Virus record (IMG/VR): IMGVR_UViG_3300047195_000798
Origin: an uncultured virus (IMG/VR IMGVR_UViG_3300047195_000798)
Lineage: Duplodnaviria; Heunggongvirae; Uroviricota; Caudoviricetes
DNA: 37,923 nt
Reading direction: 5' to 3' (one strand)
This document shows, piece by piece, positions 35,293-37,923 of this stretch; position 1 is the stretch's first letter; every line of letters starts with the position of its first letter. The translations under genes and the position numbers were made by a program. The notes below the pieces were generated by a model. That model ran no database searches. It was not told the DNA's origin and saw only the letters and a list, made by a program, of their open reading frames with translations.

Positions 35293-35314
35293 CCCTAGAG
35301 GTGTGGAGGGGACA

Positions 35315-35491
35315 ATGCCAGTCATGCGTGGATACACCACGAAAGATGGGAAACGGTGCGGGTATTACAAATGGGGAGAATCGGGTTTTAAGTACAAGTA
35401 CGACCTTGACAAAGAACAATCACGTAAATTAGCACTTGCAAAGGTCAAACGATACGGGCGCGCAGTGGAGGTAAGCAAACATGGAAGATGA
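35315..35491 (+). CDS. Small basic viral-type protein (MPV...YKWG..G.KY)
   Basis: GGAGGGG RBS; motif resembles small proteins found near phage morphogenesis genes. Confidence 0.65.
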   Translation: MPVMRGYTTKDGKRCGYYKWGESGFKYKYDLDKEQSRKLALAKVKRYGRAVEVSKHGR

Positions 35492-35684
35492 TTATTGTAA
35501 AAAGGATATCTTGACTGAAGTGGCGATATCAGCTGTGGAGGGACTCCATTATGCCGAGGACCGATTGAGGTCGCTTGCCTTTCAGGTCGAGTTCGGAAAA
35601 CAGCCAACGGAAAAGGATCAGGAAATATTGAAAAAATTAGCATACAAAAAAATACTCCGAGAAAAACTAGGCGTCACCATATAA
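35481..35684 (+). CDS. Small hypothetical protein
   Basis: GGAGGT RBS; ORF track. Confidence 0.6.
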   Translation: MEDDYCKKDILTEVAISAVEGLHYAEDRLRSLAFQVEFGKQPTEKDQEILKKLAYKKILREKLGVTI

Positions 35685-35702
35685 ATATGGAGTGAATTAA
35701 TT

Positions 35703-35906
35703 ATGGAAATAACTAAAGCATATTTGAAAAAATCCATACGAGCTGAGAGCAAAGCAAACAAAGATTATTTGAAACATGCAAAAGGAAAACAAGGGAAATA
35801 TCTGAAAGAGATTGCACGTGATGAAAGAGATCATCTAAAGAAGCACAAGAAGCATCTTAAAAAATTGGAAGACGCTGAAAAACAAAAAACTAAAAAGAAG
35901 AAATGA
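35703..35906 (+). CDS. Half-ferritin/rubrerythrin-like helix-pair protein, Lys-rich
   Basis: E..A...Y...L.EIA.DE..H diiron half-motif. Confidence 0.6.
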   Translation: MEITKAYLKKSIRAESKANKDYLKHAKGKQGKYLKEIARDERDHLKKHKKHLKKLEDAEKQKTKKKK

Positions 35907-36107
35907 GACTCGCTGAATTACCTCTAGGCTTAGGGGATTCGAAGATCAGCGAGAGGTTTCATCGCAGACCTGCTTTCCTTCGATATCCCCCAGTATGCCT
36001 AGCTGAGACTCGCTGGAACTTAATACCTCATCTATGGCCAGGGGCATCGGAGGTCAGCGAGGGGGTCCATCCAGGATCTTGTTCATGCCTCCGATATCCC
36101 GATGCCT
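35904..36107 (+). ncRNA. Tandem pair of ~100-nt structured repeats (candidate novel RNA motif)
   Basis: TGAGACTCGCTG at 35904 and 36004; shared TACCTC, AGGGG, TCAGCGAG, CGATATCCC and ATGCCT; compensatory changes in the stems. Confidence 0.65.
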
Positions 36108-36213
36108 TAAAGTGGTGATAAATTATGGAATTCGGGGAAGAATTGCATCTATATGAGCAACTGGTAGAGCTTCAACTCTGGTGTAGAAGAGTTCTAGAGG
36201 CGGTGAGTATTAG

Positions 36214-36615
36214 GTGACATTAATTAATAATGAATCAATATTTTCTCCTAAAGAACAAATAATGATACATGTTATAAGCTGTTTTTTATTTCCAGTTGGA
36301 TTAGTTATCTTGTATTATTGGAATGATTGGAGATTTACATTATCAGAATTTGAGTATCAGACCGTTGGGATGTCTATTGGATTGTTAAGTTTATTTTTCA
36401 TTGGTATTGGTTTTGTTTGTATTGCTACTCTAGGAGAAACTTTTGATGATATTAAAAAATTGCGAAGCACATCAATAAACGCACACACGATGACATTGAT
36501 GATGCAGGCACACATGCCAAGCCCCCACCAGTTATGCATGAAATTCAGAAGGTCCTGCCCTCCGATGAAAAAGGGAAACAGGCATAATTGGGGGAAACGA
36601 AGTTGTACGGGGTGA
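36214..36615 (+). CDS. AT-rich two-TM membrane protein
   Basis: GGTGA RBS with GTG start; two hydrophobic helices; C-terminus uncertain. Confidence 0.5.
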   Translation: MTLINNESIFSPKEQIMIHVISCFLFPVGLVILYYWNDWRFTLSEFEYQTVGMSIGLLSLFFIGIGFVCIATLGETFDDIKKLRSTSINAHTMTLMMQAHMPSPHQLCMKFRRSCPPMKKGNRHNWGKRSCTG

Positions 36616-36676
36616 TATTAAAGCCCTGGTTGAAGACGATATATTAAAGGTAGAGTTTAAGGATTGATGGAGGATC

Positions 36677-37153
36677 ATGGACGAAAAGAAAAAAATCAGG
36701 AAAAGATCGCTTGTTGGTGACATCTTCTTTACAACAATGATCTGTGCATTTGCTTTATATGTGATAGTCTCCAACATTCTGGCAAAAGACACATCATTAT
36801 TGGGGATGCTGGCTGTATGGATAAACGCTGGAGTAGCAGTTGGTATGGTCTATGTGTTGATCAAAAGGATAAAACACCCGGAGCCCGAGGAGACCTGGGA
36901 CCGGTATTGTACCCAAGTTGTAAACGGACAGATGACCGAATTCCCGACCATCCTGAAACAGCAGTGCTCCAAGAGCATAGCAGAAGGGGCCAGGTGGGCA
37001 GACGGTATCAAGGCATCGATGGGGGCCTTTCATAGTTATAGGATCGTGGATTTAGCGGATGGCAGCATAATCGTTATCGATGGAAAAGAGGTGCGGAAAG
37101 CCGAAAAGAGGCAAGGATATGAGGGAGTCCATGTACCGAATCGTAACTGGTGA
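36677..37153 (+). CDS. Two-TM membrane protein
   Basis: GGAGG RBS; two hydrophobic helices. Confidence 0.7.
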   Translation: MDEKKKIRKRSLVGDIFFTTMICAFALYVIVSNILAKDTSLLGMLAVWINAGVAVGMVYVLIKRIKHPEPEETWDRYCTQVVNGQMTEFPTILKQQCSKSIAEGARWADGIKASMGAFHSYRIVDLADGSIIVIDGKEVRKAEKRQGYEGVHVPNRNW

Positions 37154-37362
37154 TTGAATGAACCAGGGGGGGGAAAACATTAAAAATCAATGAGTGATAG
37201 AGGTATTGGTGAAATGTAGGGTGAAGGTATCTTTTTATTACCATCTCCTTAACCATACCTTCACCTCCCCTCATTCTATTGGGAAACTATATAGTAATCT
37301 AAGGCATACTACTTACGAGGAACTATGCCAGGAACCCGGTAAAAGATGGATTTGGAGGTCAA

Positions 37363-37656
37363 ATGTCCGAAAATAGGGGAAAAATAAAAAAAACCATGAC
37401 CAAGGACGAGGCGCTCCGGTTCCACAAGACATGGTCGATAGCCTTCGTTCTGGGTGGCGTCTTGATGATTTTCATCGGAACGGAAGGGGCAATCGCGCTG
37501 TACAACGATATTAATGAAGGATTCGTCTGGTGGATGATAGGATTGCTATTCATAGGGGCGGGAATTGGTGAATTACGAAGCTATCGTAAGATGAAGAAGA
37601 GCGGGGATATCCCGCCCGTACAGGAAAAAATTGGGGATCGTGGCGAAAAAATCTAG
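37363..37656 (+). CDS. Two-TM membrane protein
   Basis: GGAGGT RBS; two hydrophobic helices. Confidence 0.7.
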   Translation: MSENRGKIKKTMTKDEALRFHKTWSIAFVLGGVLMIFIGTEGAIALYNDINEGFVWWMIGLLFIGAGIGELRSYRKMKKSGDIPPVQEKIGDRGEKI

Positions 37657-37741
37657 GGTTCGGGGCAGAAAAACCCCTGATATAGCTAGTTTTAAGGAGG
37701 GATTTTCGAGGTGTCTTTTACGAATTTTTCCTAGTTTTGAA

Positions 37742-37840
37742 CCGTTTTGGTACCAAAATGGGGAGACTGTAGAGTACCTGCTAGGGGATACAACTAGGTA
37801 AACTAGAGGGGATACTACAGAGTACCGTGTAGAGTACCGC
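37742..37840. repeat. Palindrome plus iteron-like short direct repeats
   Basis: TTTTGGTACCAAAA (37745-37758); AGAGTACC at 37771, 37819 and 37831; AGGGGATAC twice; AACTAG twice. Confidence 0.65.
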
Positions 37841-37923
37841 ATACATCTACCCAGATATCTCCCTATTTTGAAATATTATTCCTCCTCACCCACCCCCCCA
37901 AACCGCCTACGCCCCTTTAACCC

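Larger units (their letters stand above)
1..37923. mobile_element. Putative archaeal virus or large plasmid/conjugative element segment
   Basis: Very dense short co-oriented ORFs with ATGA/TAATG overlaps; virus-typical accessory genes (dUTPase-like, Gp88-like, SWIM, DUF1281-like, AbrB-like); packaging-type ATPase; no housekeeping operon; archaeal-style promoters and RBS. Confidence 0.75.

Noticed and set aside
35903..36118. 71-aa ORF over the tandem repeats
   Set aside because: The two units are 100 nt apart (not a multiple of 3) and conserve base pairing rather than amino acids

Overview
A dense, gene-packed accessory element, most likely an archaeal virus or a large plasmid/conjugative element. 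The archaeal call rests on BRE/TATA-like promoters, GGAG/GGTGA ribosome-binding sites, ATGA gene overlaps, an archaeal RFC-small-subunit homolog, an archaeal wHTH regulator, a histone fold and heavily N-glycosylatable surface proteins; a Thermoplasmatota-like host is only an inference. Layout: (1) 1-12.3 kb, + strand, many small 'early'-type genes, including a truncated RFC with a broken Walker B, a circularly permuted Gp88-like radical SAM, a second radical SAM, SWIM/zinc-ribbon proteins, a DUF1281-like protein, a wHTH regulator and a tailed histone-like protein. (2) 12.4-17.6 kb, - strand, TasA-like/Ig-fold secreted paralogs and two AbrB-like genes. (3) Candidate small RNA genes at 15.35 kb and 17.67-17.9 kb. 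(4) 18.0-34.7 kb, + strand, a surface-structure block: a small pilin-like subunit, a 1440-aa adhesin whose last domain is homologous to that subunit, paralogous accessory proteins, membrane proteins, and an A32/Zot-like ATPase fused to a PD-(D/E)xK nuclease. (5) A dUTPase/dCTP deaminase, small genes, a tandem pair of ~100-nt structured RNA-like repeats, and an iteron-like repeat tract near the end. I recognised no HK97 or double-jelly-roll capsid, portal, terminase, integrase, CRISPR array or tRNA. All family calls come from reading motifs by eye, not from database searches.
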